64,000 nucleotides of DNA, taken from Octopus sinensis (taxonomy: Eukaryota). Position numbers and translations under genes: made by a program. The stretch is from NCBI RefSeq assembly GCF_006345805.1, contig NC_043005.1, positions 17,670,001 through 17,734,000 on the forward strand, written 5' to 3'. Shown here piece after piece: positions 39,041-51,340 of this stretch. A model generated the notes under the pieces. That model saw nothing but the letters and a program-made list of their open reading frames with translations. It was not told where the DNA came from and made no database searches. The number at the start of each line of letters is the position of its first letter. Position 1 is the first letter of the stretch.

Positions 39041-40454
39041 AGATGATAGATACATACATAAAAACATGCATGCAATAACAGGCATAATAAATGTATTTAT
39101 AGAAAAGTTGTGTGTACAATACACATAATGCAGTCAGTTCATGTCTTTACAGCTGTTTCAAATGATCAATGAGTAGTTGATAAAAAAACATTATGCATAT
39201 GCAAGTAGATGCAAGAATGAGGCAATATTGTGAGTAAACATAAAAGCCAATACACCAGCTCATCCAGATTTTCATAGTGGCTTTCTCTTCAGAAAATGAA
39301 AAATCAAATGTATGATATGAGAGAGTGATTATAAAACTGGGTTTGAAAAGTTAGATGAAGTGAGGAAAGAAGTAGTGAGAGATATAGATGTAGGTAGACT
39401 GAGGTGGTCAAGCAGATAAATGGGTGCATCAGTGAAGCAAAGGGAAGTAAAGCAAGTGAGGTACAGGTACAGGGAAGGAATAGAGAGGTCAAAGGAATAG
39501 TAGGGAGAGCAGAGAGACAGGGGCAGGATATACATATATTCATACATCATATGTGTGTATGTATATACTCACACATGGATATACATACTTATATACATAA
39601 ATACAAATGCACATACACACCTACAAATATATACATATACAGACACACACATATATGCCCATACATGTATGTAAATATATATGTATATGTACACATACAA
39701 ATGTGTGTGTGTGTGTATGTATATATATATATATCATCATTTAATGTTCACTTAGCAATGCTTGCATGAACAGGACGGAATTTGTTAAAGCAGAGTGTCT
39801 ACATCTGGATACTCTTCCTGTTGCCAACCCTCACTTGCTTCCAAGTAACATAATATTTCCCCAAGACCAAGCAGGTTTTTGCAAAGATTGGAAACAAGTT
39901 ACTGTTAGCATGATTGTGACATTTGTTTTTAAAATATCACATGAAGTCAAGGAAAAGAGAGACTAACACACACTAATACACAAACAGCATCTGCCAGTTT
40001 CCATCATCTAAATCCATTCACAAGGATTTGGTTGACCCTGAGCTACAGAAGATATATGCCCAAAGTGCCACACTATGGGCCTGAAGCAAATCTTACCACA
40101 CAGCAATGTCTGCACATATATTTTAATATACATACATATATAAGTTCAAATAAAGGTTACAAACCTCATAAGGGAATAAGAAAACCCAATGAATATACTG
40201 GCTAATTACCTATTACAAGAAGTACTGAATATTACAATTAATATTCAACTGTAAGGTAACTGGAGTTAATATATATTTTAATAGAGATAATTAATAATTA
40301 TTTGATGTCCTATTTTATAATTAATAAATAATTTAATTAACTATTTTTTATATATAAATATATATATATATATATGTATGTATGCTATATATATATATAT
40401 ATGTATGCTATATATATATATGTATGCCAAATATATATATATATGTGTATGTTA

Positions 40455-41064
40455 TGTCAGGTCACTTTCGAGTGCTACTGGTAACATGTATCCCAGGACA
40501 ACCTGCTGCATGGTCGGGCCATCGGCGACTACACCGGCAACCCTACCAAGCTTGCTTGGTGAGGAGGGTGTTTATTGGACACCCTGCGAGATGAAAAACA
40601 AAACCTGTCAAAGAGCGGAGGAACTCTTGAGAGTCAATGGCCATCCAATAAATGTGTAATTTTTTTCTTCTTAAGGCTGTTCATGCGCAGGGACATAGAA
40701 ACAATCGGACTGAATACCCGATCGAGCAGTTAAACCATTAGGAGTGAAGGACTCCTAGCCTTTGTTAGGGCATCCTTCTAGGAGAAAGTAACTCAGCTAA
40801 CTGGGATAACTCCAACATAAAACCTGCGGCTCAGTGGTTACAGATGATGTTGACTTGTTGTTCTTTTTGGATTATGGCTGCTGTTGGTTAGTGAGTGGGA
40901 TCGACTCAGTGCACAGCTTTTCCCCACTTTAAAAAAAATCTTCTTGCACAGGCATTGCACGATAACAACATTGTGATTGTTAATAGTGCTGTGAGTTTCA
41001 ACAGCACCAATAACAGCTAAGCTTCATGCAATGGCCATACTCGATAACGAGGGGGCAGCCATCA
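40455..41064. repeat. Unclassified GC/CpG-rich interspersed element inserted in a TA tract (possibly LINE 5' UTR-derived)
   Basis: ~610-bp complex block with retained CpGs between (TA)-rich flanks. No protein motif recognised. Confidence 0.45.
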
Positions 41065-41854
41065 TATATGTATGTAAGTACATATACACACACAAACACA
41101 CATTTTTTTTCACACTAGTTTCAGTCGTTTTTAACTGGGGCCATGTTGGCGCACTACCTTCAAGGGTTTTACATATACATACCTACATTTGTACCTATCC
41201 ATCCATAAATGTATGTATGTATATATGCAAGTTGTATGGTTAAGTCACTAGTGCTGGTATGGTAGAACAAAAAAAAAAAAAACCACCAAGTATACTTTGT
41301 GAAGTTGCTGGCATTAAAAAGTGCATCACACAATTGATGAGTACATACATATGTGTAAACACAAATACCCATGTACATGAACACACATACATACATATAT
41401 ATATATATATATATCAAATGGCTGTCTTAAACTATTCCGCACATACAATAACAGCCATACCAACAATCGAACATACCTCCATCATCAGCTGCCACACGGA
41501 TATCATTATGGTTTCGACACCTGGCCAGTACCATTCAATCCAGCAGTATCAAAAGCAGTAAAATAATTGTTGTTTGGGAACAAACATACCAAAGAAATCG
41601 CATTCATTCAATGTTAATTCTAGGGAGGATAAAACACTAACTTTATAAATTAAACTACAGCAAAGAAACACATTTACTTATTGACTATTTACCGATACTG
41701 TTGTATCGGTAAATAAAGTCAATAAGTAAATTTATAAGCAACTCCCAAATAATATAACTAAATAGTGATCAATCCTTTACATCCTACATACTTACACATA
41801 AATATATGTGGGACTGCATGTACATGTAAGTATGTATATGTGAGTATGTGTATA

Positions 41855-42056
41855 CCTGTGCAGGTGGCACGTAAAAAGCACCCACTACACTCACGGAGTG
41901 GTTGGTGTTAGGAAGGGCATCCAGCTGTAGAAACATTGCCAGATTAGACTGGAGCCTGGTGCAGCCTTCTGGCTTCCCAGATTCCCGGTCGAACCGTCCA
42001 ACCCATGCTAGCATGGAGAACGGACGTTAAACGATGATGATGATGATGATGATGAT
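41855..42056 (+). mobile_element. Retroposon family D (young, 5'-truncated)
   Basis: Nearly identical to 45530-45728, with a long (GAT)n tail. Confidence 0.9.
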
Positions 42057-42396
42057 ATTTTATTTCAGAATGGTCATTTTCTTTTTCACCAAATAAACAC
42101 ACGCACCATATATTTGTTTATTACTTTTCTTATTTTAACTCCTGTCTATTGTTCAGAAATCTTTTGTCACACATCTGTGACCTCTCCAGCGTCACTTGTC
42201 CATCCTTATGTGTGCTCCTGCTCCGCTTAAACCGTTGTGAATGGATTAAGAATAGGTTAAGCAGAGCAGGAGTTAAAAATCAGAAGTTAAAATGGACATG
42301 AATTAAAATAAGGACAGTTATAAATGAGTAAAGAACAAATACATAGTGCGTGTGTTTATTAGGCAAAGGAAAAATGACCATCTTGAAATACAAAAT
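42057..42396. mobile_element. Inverted-arm element with a degenerate hammerhead-like motif (Penelope-like remnant)
   Basis: 42057-42120 is the inverse of 42333-42396, and there are inner inverted pairs. Minus-strand CTGGAGA-gGTCACA gatg TGTGAC-AAAA lies at about 42160-42189. Confidence 0.5.
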
Positions 42397-42464
42397 GTTT
42401 CAACACATGGTTTCACATCAGGAATCTTGCAACAGATTCATAAACGTGTGTGCCTGTGTGTATA

Positions 42465-43176
42465 CGAGGGGGGTACCCAAAAGAAACCAGAATTTCACAA
42501 TATTCTTTTATTCACTTAGTTTTACATGTTTACACTTATCGCCTGCAAAGTATTCTCCATTTGAAGCAATGCATCAGTCCACGTGCTTTCCACTGTTGGA
42601 AGAAGTGCTGGAACTCTTGTGAAGTGATGCCTTTTAACACCTCCATCGTCTTTTCTTCCCCTCTTCAACATCTGTAAGTTCCATAGCACCACCTTTCGTC
42701 ACCAGTGATGACTTTTGAAAAAAAGCTCCAGATCAATTTCTATCTGTTCTTTCAGTTCATAACAAGCACTCAGTCTTTATTGCTTTGATTTTCCATGAGC
42801 AAGTGAGTCACAAATTTTACAGCATCTCTTTCTTTCGCAAAGCGTGAAAATCACCCGCAAACTTGTATTTTGCTGATGGCAGTAGTCTTTTAAACTGAAG
42901 TGTGACAACTGTTTCAGCCACTATTTTCCCCAACAGAAAACAGAAGTTCACAGAAGCACGCTGTTCCTTCATTTCAGCCATTGCAAAAATCAACAAACAG
43001 GGAAGAAGCACTGCAAAACAAAGATGCACCACCATGTGGCAGTATGACCCTACTGAACACCAGTCAGTAGACTGATGCCTGAGGGTCGCATCAAGTGACT
43101 TCTAGCAGCAGAAGCTTGAAATGCAAAGTGCTTGTCCCACAGAGAACGTTTCCAGTTACTTTTGGGTACCACCTCT
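42465..43176 (-). mobile_element. Internally deleted mariner (Tc1/mariner) transposon
   Basis: TA TSDs at 42463-42464 and 43177-43178. TIRs CGAGGGGGGTACCCAAAAGAAACC / AGTTACTTTTGGGTACCACCTCT. The minus strand encodes the transposase N-terminus MAEMKEQRASVNFCFLLGKIVAETVVTLQ and C-terminus DVEEGKKKTMEVLKGITSQEFQHFFQQWK. Confidence 0.9.
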
Positions 43177-44844
43177 TATATCACGATCATTTGATGTCAA
43201 CTTTTTATGCGTCAGTTGGAAGTTACGGCAAATTTTCTATGCCCTGATGCCCTTCCTGATGCAAATCCTCACCTACTTCTAAGAAAAGTAATATTTTCCC
43301 CATAGCTCAACATGTTTTTCACAGAATACTGAAAACAAACAACAATGCTTATATGAGGACACTCATTTACAAACATCACATGATGTTTGGACAAGCGTAA
43401 ACACAAACACATACAATGACAGGCTTCTTTCAGTTTCTGTCTTCCACTTATAAGGCTTTGCTCAGTTCAGGACCACATGGTTGGAAAGCAAGTTTCTTAA
43501 CCACTCAGTGACACTCATGCCACCTATCCATATATACACATATGTTTATGTATGAAGACAATGGCACCAACACAGTTCCCTAAAAGATTTCACTCACAAT
43601 TATTGCTTTCTTTAGAAAAGAGTACTGTTCATAGCAACAACTTGACTTATACATACCGTAGTCAAGTAGCCACCCTCCTATTTTACCAATGACAAGGTCT
43701 GATCTATCATTCCCTGATCAACTTGAATGTTTGAGCAGCTGTTTCAACAACCAGTCATAATAAAGAATAAGGACAAGTGATCAGTAAATAATAAGTGCTG
43801 AGTGATCAGTAAATAATAAAAATGTCATCAGTTCCCTCCCAATATTCTGTTCTTTGCTGATATGTGAAGACACACAGCAGGTATCTACTATGCTTTATCT
43901 TATATAAATGTTATGCCTTGCTTTAACTTTGGGACAGAGCATATGTCTTAACTTTTCTTAAACCTTACTGTTATCTAAATCATAAATAATTTCTTCAAAA
44001 TGATTTATCCCGTATCTACAGATTTATATTAGTTTCTGACAAACCAGAGAAAGCACAATGTCTGTTATAAATACAATTATTTACTTTTGAATCCTTTGTA
44101 TAATTTGTATTTCTCATTGGATTTTGACATCCTTCATTAGTGAAAAAGGTTTATATCCATATTTTAATACTGTTTTACATCCATTTTTTCAAACCAGAAT
44201 GGGTTGGACAAGACTTCTTGAAGCAGTATTTTATGTCCAGGTGGGTTTTCTGATGCTATACATTGTTTTCAACTAAGTTCTTTTCTTCTGTTGGTCTTTG
44301 TACACAGCAAGCTGCAGGACATATTCAAAAGGTACAATATAATCGCTAGAACATGAAAATTCAATTGATTTTCACAAGGAACCAGATGGACAGATTCAAT
44401 GTTTACAAAAATAACAATTACTGCACACAATGATCCAATGTGGAAGCCTTAACCTGGTAGAAATAGGAACCAAATCTTGCTTAACTTACAGACCAACTAT
44501 CTTTAAAAATGGAAGGACACAGCAGATAAAGTACTCAAGAAAAGACAAAGAAAAAAAGTTGAAAGGGCCATATCTGGAAAATTTTTGAAGCTTTGGATTA
44601 CAGCACTGCTTATTCGGGGTAGATATGAACTAAAACACTAGATGCAGTATATAACACAAAGTATAGAGTTAATAAAAATATCCTGAGAAGCTGACCCATA
44701 CTTACTTTTCTTATACAAGGAAAAAGAAGAATGAAGTTTGCTCCGGTAAGATCTTAAATCAGACTAAGAAAAGTGATAAATCTAAATACTGTAATAAACT
44801 GAATCTGGTATTCTATCATTACTGCTCCAAATCTTTAATTTATT

Positions 44845-45197
44845 CCAGTTATTGGGCTGCAGCCATGCTGAGTACTACCAAGAAGGATTTTAGTCAAACA
44901 AATCAACCCCAGTATTTCTCTCTTAAAGCCTGATACTTGTACTTACTAGTCTCTTTTGCCAAACCACTGAGTTACAGGGATGTAAACAAAGCCAACACCA
45001 ATTGTCAAATAGTTGGGTGGGGGGCAGATACAAAGATGCACATATACACATGATGGGCCTCATTCAGTTTCTGTCTACCAAATCCACTCACAGGATTTTG
45101 GTCAACTGCAGGCTACTATAGAAGATATTTTCCCAAGACGAGACTAAACCTGAAACCATGTGGTTAGGAAGTAAATTTCTTACCACACAACCATGCC
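44845..45197 (-). mobile_element. Decayed SINE, family B
   Basis: Colinear with 20018-20426 (CAGTTTCTGTCTACCAAATCCACTCACA...AACCATGTGGTTAGGAAG). Further remnants at about 39985-40110 and 43420-43510. Confidence 0.75.
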
Positions 45198-45433
45198 TAA
45201 CAAATATTTCATTTTCCAACAGGGCTGAGTCATTCATACAATAATGGTGTAATAATAACGGGGACAAAGAAAAGAAACTGTCTAAAAATAAAGAGAGGAG
45301 CAAAGACATTACACAATATCATAGTCATCTGTTTCTCATGTCTGAGAATTTCAAACAATATACAGACTCACTATTAAGTACAGTTCTACAATGCATTTGT
45401 GATGGTTGGGATCACCAGTATTTGTAAAGTTTC

Positions 45434-45728
45434 AGTGTCGGCCGATGCCAGTGCCGCCTCGACTGGCTTCCGTGCCGGTGGCACGTAAAATGCACCAATC
45501 CAACCATGGCCGTTGCCAGCCTCGCCTGGCACCTGTGCAGGTGGCACGTAAAGAGCACCCACTACACTCACGGAGTGGTTGGCGTTAGGAAGGCCATCCA
45601 GCTGTAGAAACATTGCCAGATAAGACTGGAGCCTGGTGCAGCCTTCTGGCTTCCCAGATCCCCGGTCAAACCGTCCAACCCATGCTAGCATGGAGAACGG
45701 ACGTTATACGATGATGATGATGATGATG
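45434..45728 (+). mobile_element. Retroposon family D (young)
   Basis: CpG-rich copy with tandem GGTGGCACGTAAA modules and a (GAT)n tail. Confidence 0.9.
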
Positions 45729-46905
45729 TACAGACACCACACAGATTGTTTGTGCTCACTGTCTACCCATCCTGGGAAGGTGACAAGTGAAGAGTCAAAG
45801 TCATTATTAATGCCTCTAACTGAGATCTTTATATTTAATCACCTCATATACTGCAGAACTGACATGTAAACTGACTGGTGCACCAGTTCAGCCTGTCACT
45901 TCACTTCTATTGCAAAGACCAGTCACACTCAAATGACCTGCTCCGGTCAATGGAAACATCACTATTTCACCAATCAGTCAATTATTTCGTAGGTATATAT
46001 GGAAGGTCAATTGTTTCAGGCAGAACAGAGTTATGCAACCTTCCTCCTTACCTCTACACACGAAGGTCCCAGGTAAAAGTGAGCCTTCGTCCTTGTATAT
46101 CACTTCCATATTATTCCATTACCAAAAGATAAGTAGCCTATGTTTGGTGACCTTTACTTTTTTCTTTCTTTCTTTCTTTTTTTTTTTTGGTTGTTGGTGG
46201 AGGTTGGAGCTGACCTCAGCAGGAAAACTATTAAAATGTTAGCCATTTTGTGGGTGTAAAAGGTATGAATTTTTTATTTTCAAATACATGTTTTAGTAAC
46301 TCATTTTCTTAAAGAATTGCAGTAAAATTTTGGAGAGGGTTAAGCGTTGCATCCATTGTGGAAACATCTCTGCTATCATGTTCTCATTTTTTTGTTTTAA
46401 ATGATCTGACCGAGGGGGGGGGGATCGAAATGCAGTCTTTTCCTCTCAGAGAGAAAAGACCTCAGCTTTCTATAACACAGGTCGACATAGACACAACAAA
46501 AATCCAATTCATAGTAATCGATTTTTTTTTTTTTTTCTTAAACGCGAGCCCACTTCCAAAATCATAAAATTTCTAACGTTTGCATAGTATAAATGTCGGG
46601 GAAGGTATGATCGACAAATCGACAGCATTAACTTAACTCTCGTGTCTGCTGGGATTGGAACTCAGAATGCAAATAAGCAAAAAATTCATTTGGCTCGTCA
46701 CTTCATTTCATTGTTATCCACAATTCTACTGTTAAAAGTAACGTTGCGTTAAAAAAATTCCACATTGAAAATCCTCTCCATGATACAAGGACTCATAAAT
46801 ACAAGTATGGTGGCCCATATTAAAACAGATAATAATATATCTTTTATATATATATATATATTCTTCATACGCTTTCTTACAGGTTTTCACGTTTTTTTTT
46901 TAATG

Positions 46906-46947
<42 letters not shown>

Positions 46948-47058
46948 TATTTTTATACCTTCGACCTCGGTGTTTTAATGTATTTATATTCTATAGTGAG
47001 AATATCTGGGAATGATTTGAAGTTATATGACCAATTATGTTAATTTTTTTAACCACTG

Positions 47059-47126
<68 letters not shown>

Positions 47127-47799
47127 GCACGCGTACGTAGAACTTCACTGGTGGTTTCGATATTTCACTGTTTATATGCTGCATTTGCACTAAAACTGTA
47201 TGTATATATATATATATATATATATACATACATACACACACACACACACATACGCGTGCGCATGTACACAGACATACATACACACACAAAGGAAAACAAT
47301 ATATTGCAATACTGCAAGATTGGTCACATCACAATAATACTGAGTTACCGAAAGCTTCTATGTGGTCATTCAGCCTGCTAGGAATGGCAGTCAGAGGTTT
47401 GCTCTTCTACAGAGTTGAGCCTTGGCTAAACACGATCAATTTCTCGATTGTTTTGCTAAAATGTTTGAAATCTTTAATTCGCAAAACCTTATTCTAGCAG
47501 TATAAAAGGCAATTCCTATTATTTACATCTGTGTCGTTGTGATGGGGATAAAAAAAAAAATGCAAAAGCCCAATCTTCGATGGCGTATAATCTGACGACA
47601 CAGGCCACAAATTTTCCGGTCGATTAAACACACCCTTAATACTTGTTCCCGAAAAGATTTGAACGCTGAACGTAAACAACACTAACACGAAGGTCCATTT
47701 TCTAGAGAGGTTATACAGGCCAACGGATTTCAGGGTTTGAAGAAACGATGGATGTGAAACCCAGGGTAACCCCCATCGACTGACCATATCTAACTATTA

Positions 47800-48042
47800 G
47801 GGTGGCGAGCTGGCAGAGTCGTTAGCACGCCGAGCGAAATGCTCAGCGGTATTACGTCTGCCGTTACTTCCTGAGTTCAAATTCCGCCGAGGTCGACTTT
47901 GCCTTTGATTTTTTTTTTTGGAGTCGATTAAATAAGTACCAGATGAACATTGGGGAGGTCTATGTAATCGACTTAATAATCTCTTTGTCCGTCCTTGTTT
48001 GTCCCCCTCTATGTTTAGCTCCCTGTTGGCAATAAAGAAATA
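47800..48042 (+). mobile_element. SINE family C (CpG-intact)
   Basis: GGGTGGCGAGCTGGCAGAGTCGTTAGCACGCCGAGCG...GAGTTCAAATTCCGCCGAGGTCGAC...AATAAAGAAATA. Confidence 0.9.
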
Positions 48043-48089
48043 AATATACATATCTATACTCATTTGGAGAGAGAGTTAATTAAATCAAC

Positions 48090-49200
48090 CTCGAGCGGGA
48101 ATGGTACAATGAATATAAGAGAGAAGAACGATTTCAACTCGCGGATAAGGCGAAACATTTCGGAGGAGTATAGACGTCTATATCAAACCAGTGTCATACA
48201 ACACGCCCACCACAAGCAACAAGAGGTTTAAATGGGAGAGAGAATATACCCCTCACCCTACTTTCTGTAAGTTTAGCTATTTTCGTGTTGTTGACAGTTT
48301 TACTGGAATGACAAGTGCAACTCACGTGCTGGATGATACATGAAAGGGTGGGCTGCCTGACGGGTGCAGCCGTCACTGCAGTTCCAGCGACGGTGGTACT
48401 GGTGCTGGAGCCGAAAAGGGGTGAGTGTGTGCGACAGAAGGGAGTGAGCCAACATCATAACAAAAAAAGAAAAAAATGTTGTACTCGTGCTATATAAAGC
48501 TGGACCTACAGTCCACCATTACTAAAAACAACACCCACCCCTCCGCTACCCTGTTAACGATAGCTCGAGTGATTGATATACGTATGAGACATTCCAACCA
48601 CGATGACAAATACACACACACACACATACAAATCACGCCATTTAATTCTTGAGGAAGTATGTATGAATACAATTAACTCTGGCGATATCGAATAAATTCG
48701 ACGTATTTATGTCCTGCGTAAAAAACGTGTGTGCGTGTGTGCGTGCGTGTGTGTGTAAACCTGTTTTCGACAAATACATACAACATACCATCATTTCCTC
48801 CGCCACCACCACACCCACCTTTTGTGAGATTCGATCACGAAGCGAGAAAAGAAGAACACGGGAGAAACGGGAGGGGGAAGAGAAAGACAAGGGAGGCGAT
48901 CTTGTCAGGAACGACAAGCTGAACTTTTGTCGCTAGTGTCAGGATTTTTTTTTCTTTCTTTTTTTTGGCGAATGGAATAATCTAGATAAGATGGTGAAAC
49001 AAGAAACAGCGAAGCATGTTGAGAGGGAGGGGAGTAACAGCTATGTAGATACAGAGATTGATCGATAGGGAGAGAGGTAAGAAGCAACAAGCAATAATAA
49101 TGGAAGGAATATTTGTAATAAAACGAAGAGGTGCGCGGGTGGGGGATGGAGACACTTGAAGACTTGGGGAAAGAGCAAATAAAACGAGAGCTTACTTAAC
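48090..49200 (-). promoter_or_regulatory. Candidate promoter / non-coding first exon region
   Basis: Non-repetitive, GC- and CpG-enriched block just beyond the CpG-depletion boundary. Minus-strand donor-like sites are AGG|GTGAGG (intron start 48256), CAC|GTGAGT (48325) and TAA|GTAAGC (49195). The strand is inferred. Confidence 0.4.
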
Positions 49201-49246
49201 CAATACACTCCATTAACACCAAATAAATAAACAGGGATTCTTCCCT

Positions 49247-51340
49247 TGAAACCGTGTAAATAAACTAGGATTCTGCCTCTAAAACCGTGTAAATAAACTA
49301 GGATTCTGCCACCAGCCTCTAAAACCGTGTAAATAAGCTAGGATTCTGCCACCAGCTTCTAAAACCGTGTAAATAAACTAGGATTCTGCCACCAGTCTCT
49401 AAAACCGTGTAAATAAACTAGGGTTCTGCCACCAGCCTATAAAACCGTGTAAATAAACTAGGATTCTGCTACCAGCCTCTAAAACAGTGTAAATAAACTA
49501 GGGTTCTGCCACCAGCCTCTAAAACCGTGTAAATAAACTAGGGTCCTGCCACCAGCCTCTAAAACCGTGTAAATAAACTAGGATTCTGCCACCAGCCTCT
49601 AAAACCGTGTAAATAAACAAGGATTCTGCCACCAGCCTCTAAAACCGTGTAAATAGACTAGGATTCTGCCACCAGCCTCTAAAACCGTGTAAATAAACTA
49701 GGATTCTGCCACCAGCCTCTAAAACCGTGTAAATAAACTAGGGTTCTGCCACCAGCCTCTAAAACCGTGTAAATAAACTAGGATTCTGCCACCACCTCTA
49801 AAACCGTGTAAATAAACTAGGATTCTGCCACAGCCTCTAAAACCGTGTAAATAACTAGGATTCTGCCACAGCCTCTAAAACCGTGTAAATAAACTAGGGT
49901 TCTGCCACCAGCCTCTAAAACCGTGTAAATAAACTAGGATTCTGCCACCAGCCTCTAAAACCGTGTAAATAAACTAGGATTCTGCCACCAGCCTCTAAAA
50001 CCGTGTAATAAACTAGGGTTCTGCCACAGCCTCTAAAACCGTGTAAATAAACTAGGATTCTGCCACCACCTCTAAAACCGTGTAAATAAACTAGGATTCT
50101 GCCACCAGCCTCTAAAACCGTGTAAATAAACTAGGGTTCTGCCACCAGCCTCTAAAACCGTGTAAATAGACTAGGATTCTGCCACCAGCCTCTAAAACCG
50201 TGTAAATAAACTAGGATTCTGCCACCAGCCTCTAAAACCGTGTAAATAAACTAGGATTCTGCCACCAGCCTCTAAAACCGTGTAAATAAACTAGGGTTCT
50301 GCCACCAGCCTCTAAAACCGTGTAAATAAACTAGGATTCTGCCACCAGCCTCTAAAACCGTGTAAATAAACTAGGATTCTGCCACCAGCCTCTAAAACCG
50401 TGTAAATAAACTAGGGTTCTGCCACCAGCCTCTAAAACCGTGTAAATAAACTAGGATTCTGCCACCAGCCTATAAAACCGTGTAAATAAACTAGGATTCT
50501 GCCACCAGCCTCTAAAACCGTGTAAATAAACTAGGATTCTGCCACCAGCCTCTAAAACCGTGTAAATAAACTAGGATTCTGCCACCAGCCTCTAAAACCG
50601 TGTAAATAGACTAGGATTCTGCCACCAGCCTCTAAAACCGTGTAAATAAACTAGGGTTCTGCCACCAGCCTCTAAAACCGTGTAAATAGACTAGGATTCT
50701 GCCACCAGCCTCTAAAACCGTGTAAATAAACTGGGGTTCTGCCACCAGCCTCTAAAACCGTGTAAATAAACTAGGGTTCTGCCACCAGCCTCTAAAACCG
50801 TGTAAATAAACTAGGATTCTGCCACCAGCCTCTAAAACCGTGTAAATAAACTAGGATTCTGCCACCAGCCTCTAAAACCGTGTAAATAAACTAGGATTCT
50901 GCCACCAGCCTCTAAAACCGTGTAAATAAACTAGGATTCTGCCACCAGCCTCTAAAACCGTGTAAATAAACTAGGGTTCTGCCACCAGCCTCTAAAACCG
51001 TGTAAATAGACTAGGATTCTGCCACCAGCCTCTAAAACCGTGTAAATAAACTAGGGTTCTGCCACCAGCCTCTAAAACCGTGTAAATAAACTAGGATTCT
51101 ACCACCAGCCTCTAAAACCGTGTAAATAAACTAGGATTCTGCAACCAACCTCTAAAACCGTGTAAATAAACTAGGATTCTACCACCAGCCTATAAAACCG
51201 TGTAAATAAACTAGGGTTCTGCCACCAGCCTCTAAAACCGTGTTTAATAAACTAGGATTCTGCCACCAGCCTCTAAAACCGTGTAAATAAACTAGGATTC
51301 TGCCACTAACGCCCCTTGAAACCGTCTGAATAAGCTACGA
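49247..51340. repeat. 40-bp minisatellite, about 52 copies
   Basis: Unit AAAACCGTGTAAATAAACTAGGATTCTGCCACCAGCCTCT runs head-to-tail with few variants. There are degenerate copies at both edges, extending to about 51420. Confidence 0.97.

Noticed and set aside
48315-48426. Plus-strand coding exon ending GGG|GTGAGT
   Set aside because: The peptide is unrecognisable and no downstream plus-strand exons were found. A bidirectional transcript cannot be excluded without RNA data.
49790-50080. Cluster of 39-bp variant units as higher-order repeat structure
   Set aside because: Scattered single-base deletions at differing positions look like long-read consensus errors.
49247-51340. CRISPR array
   Set aside because: Units are contiguous with no unique spacers, the context is eukaryotic and there are no cas genes.
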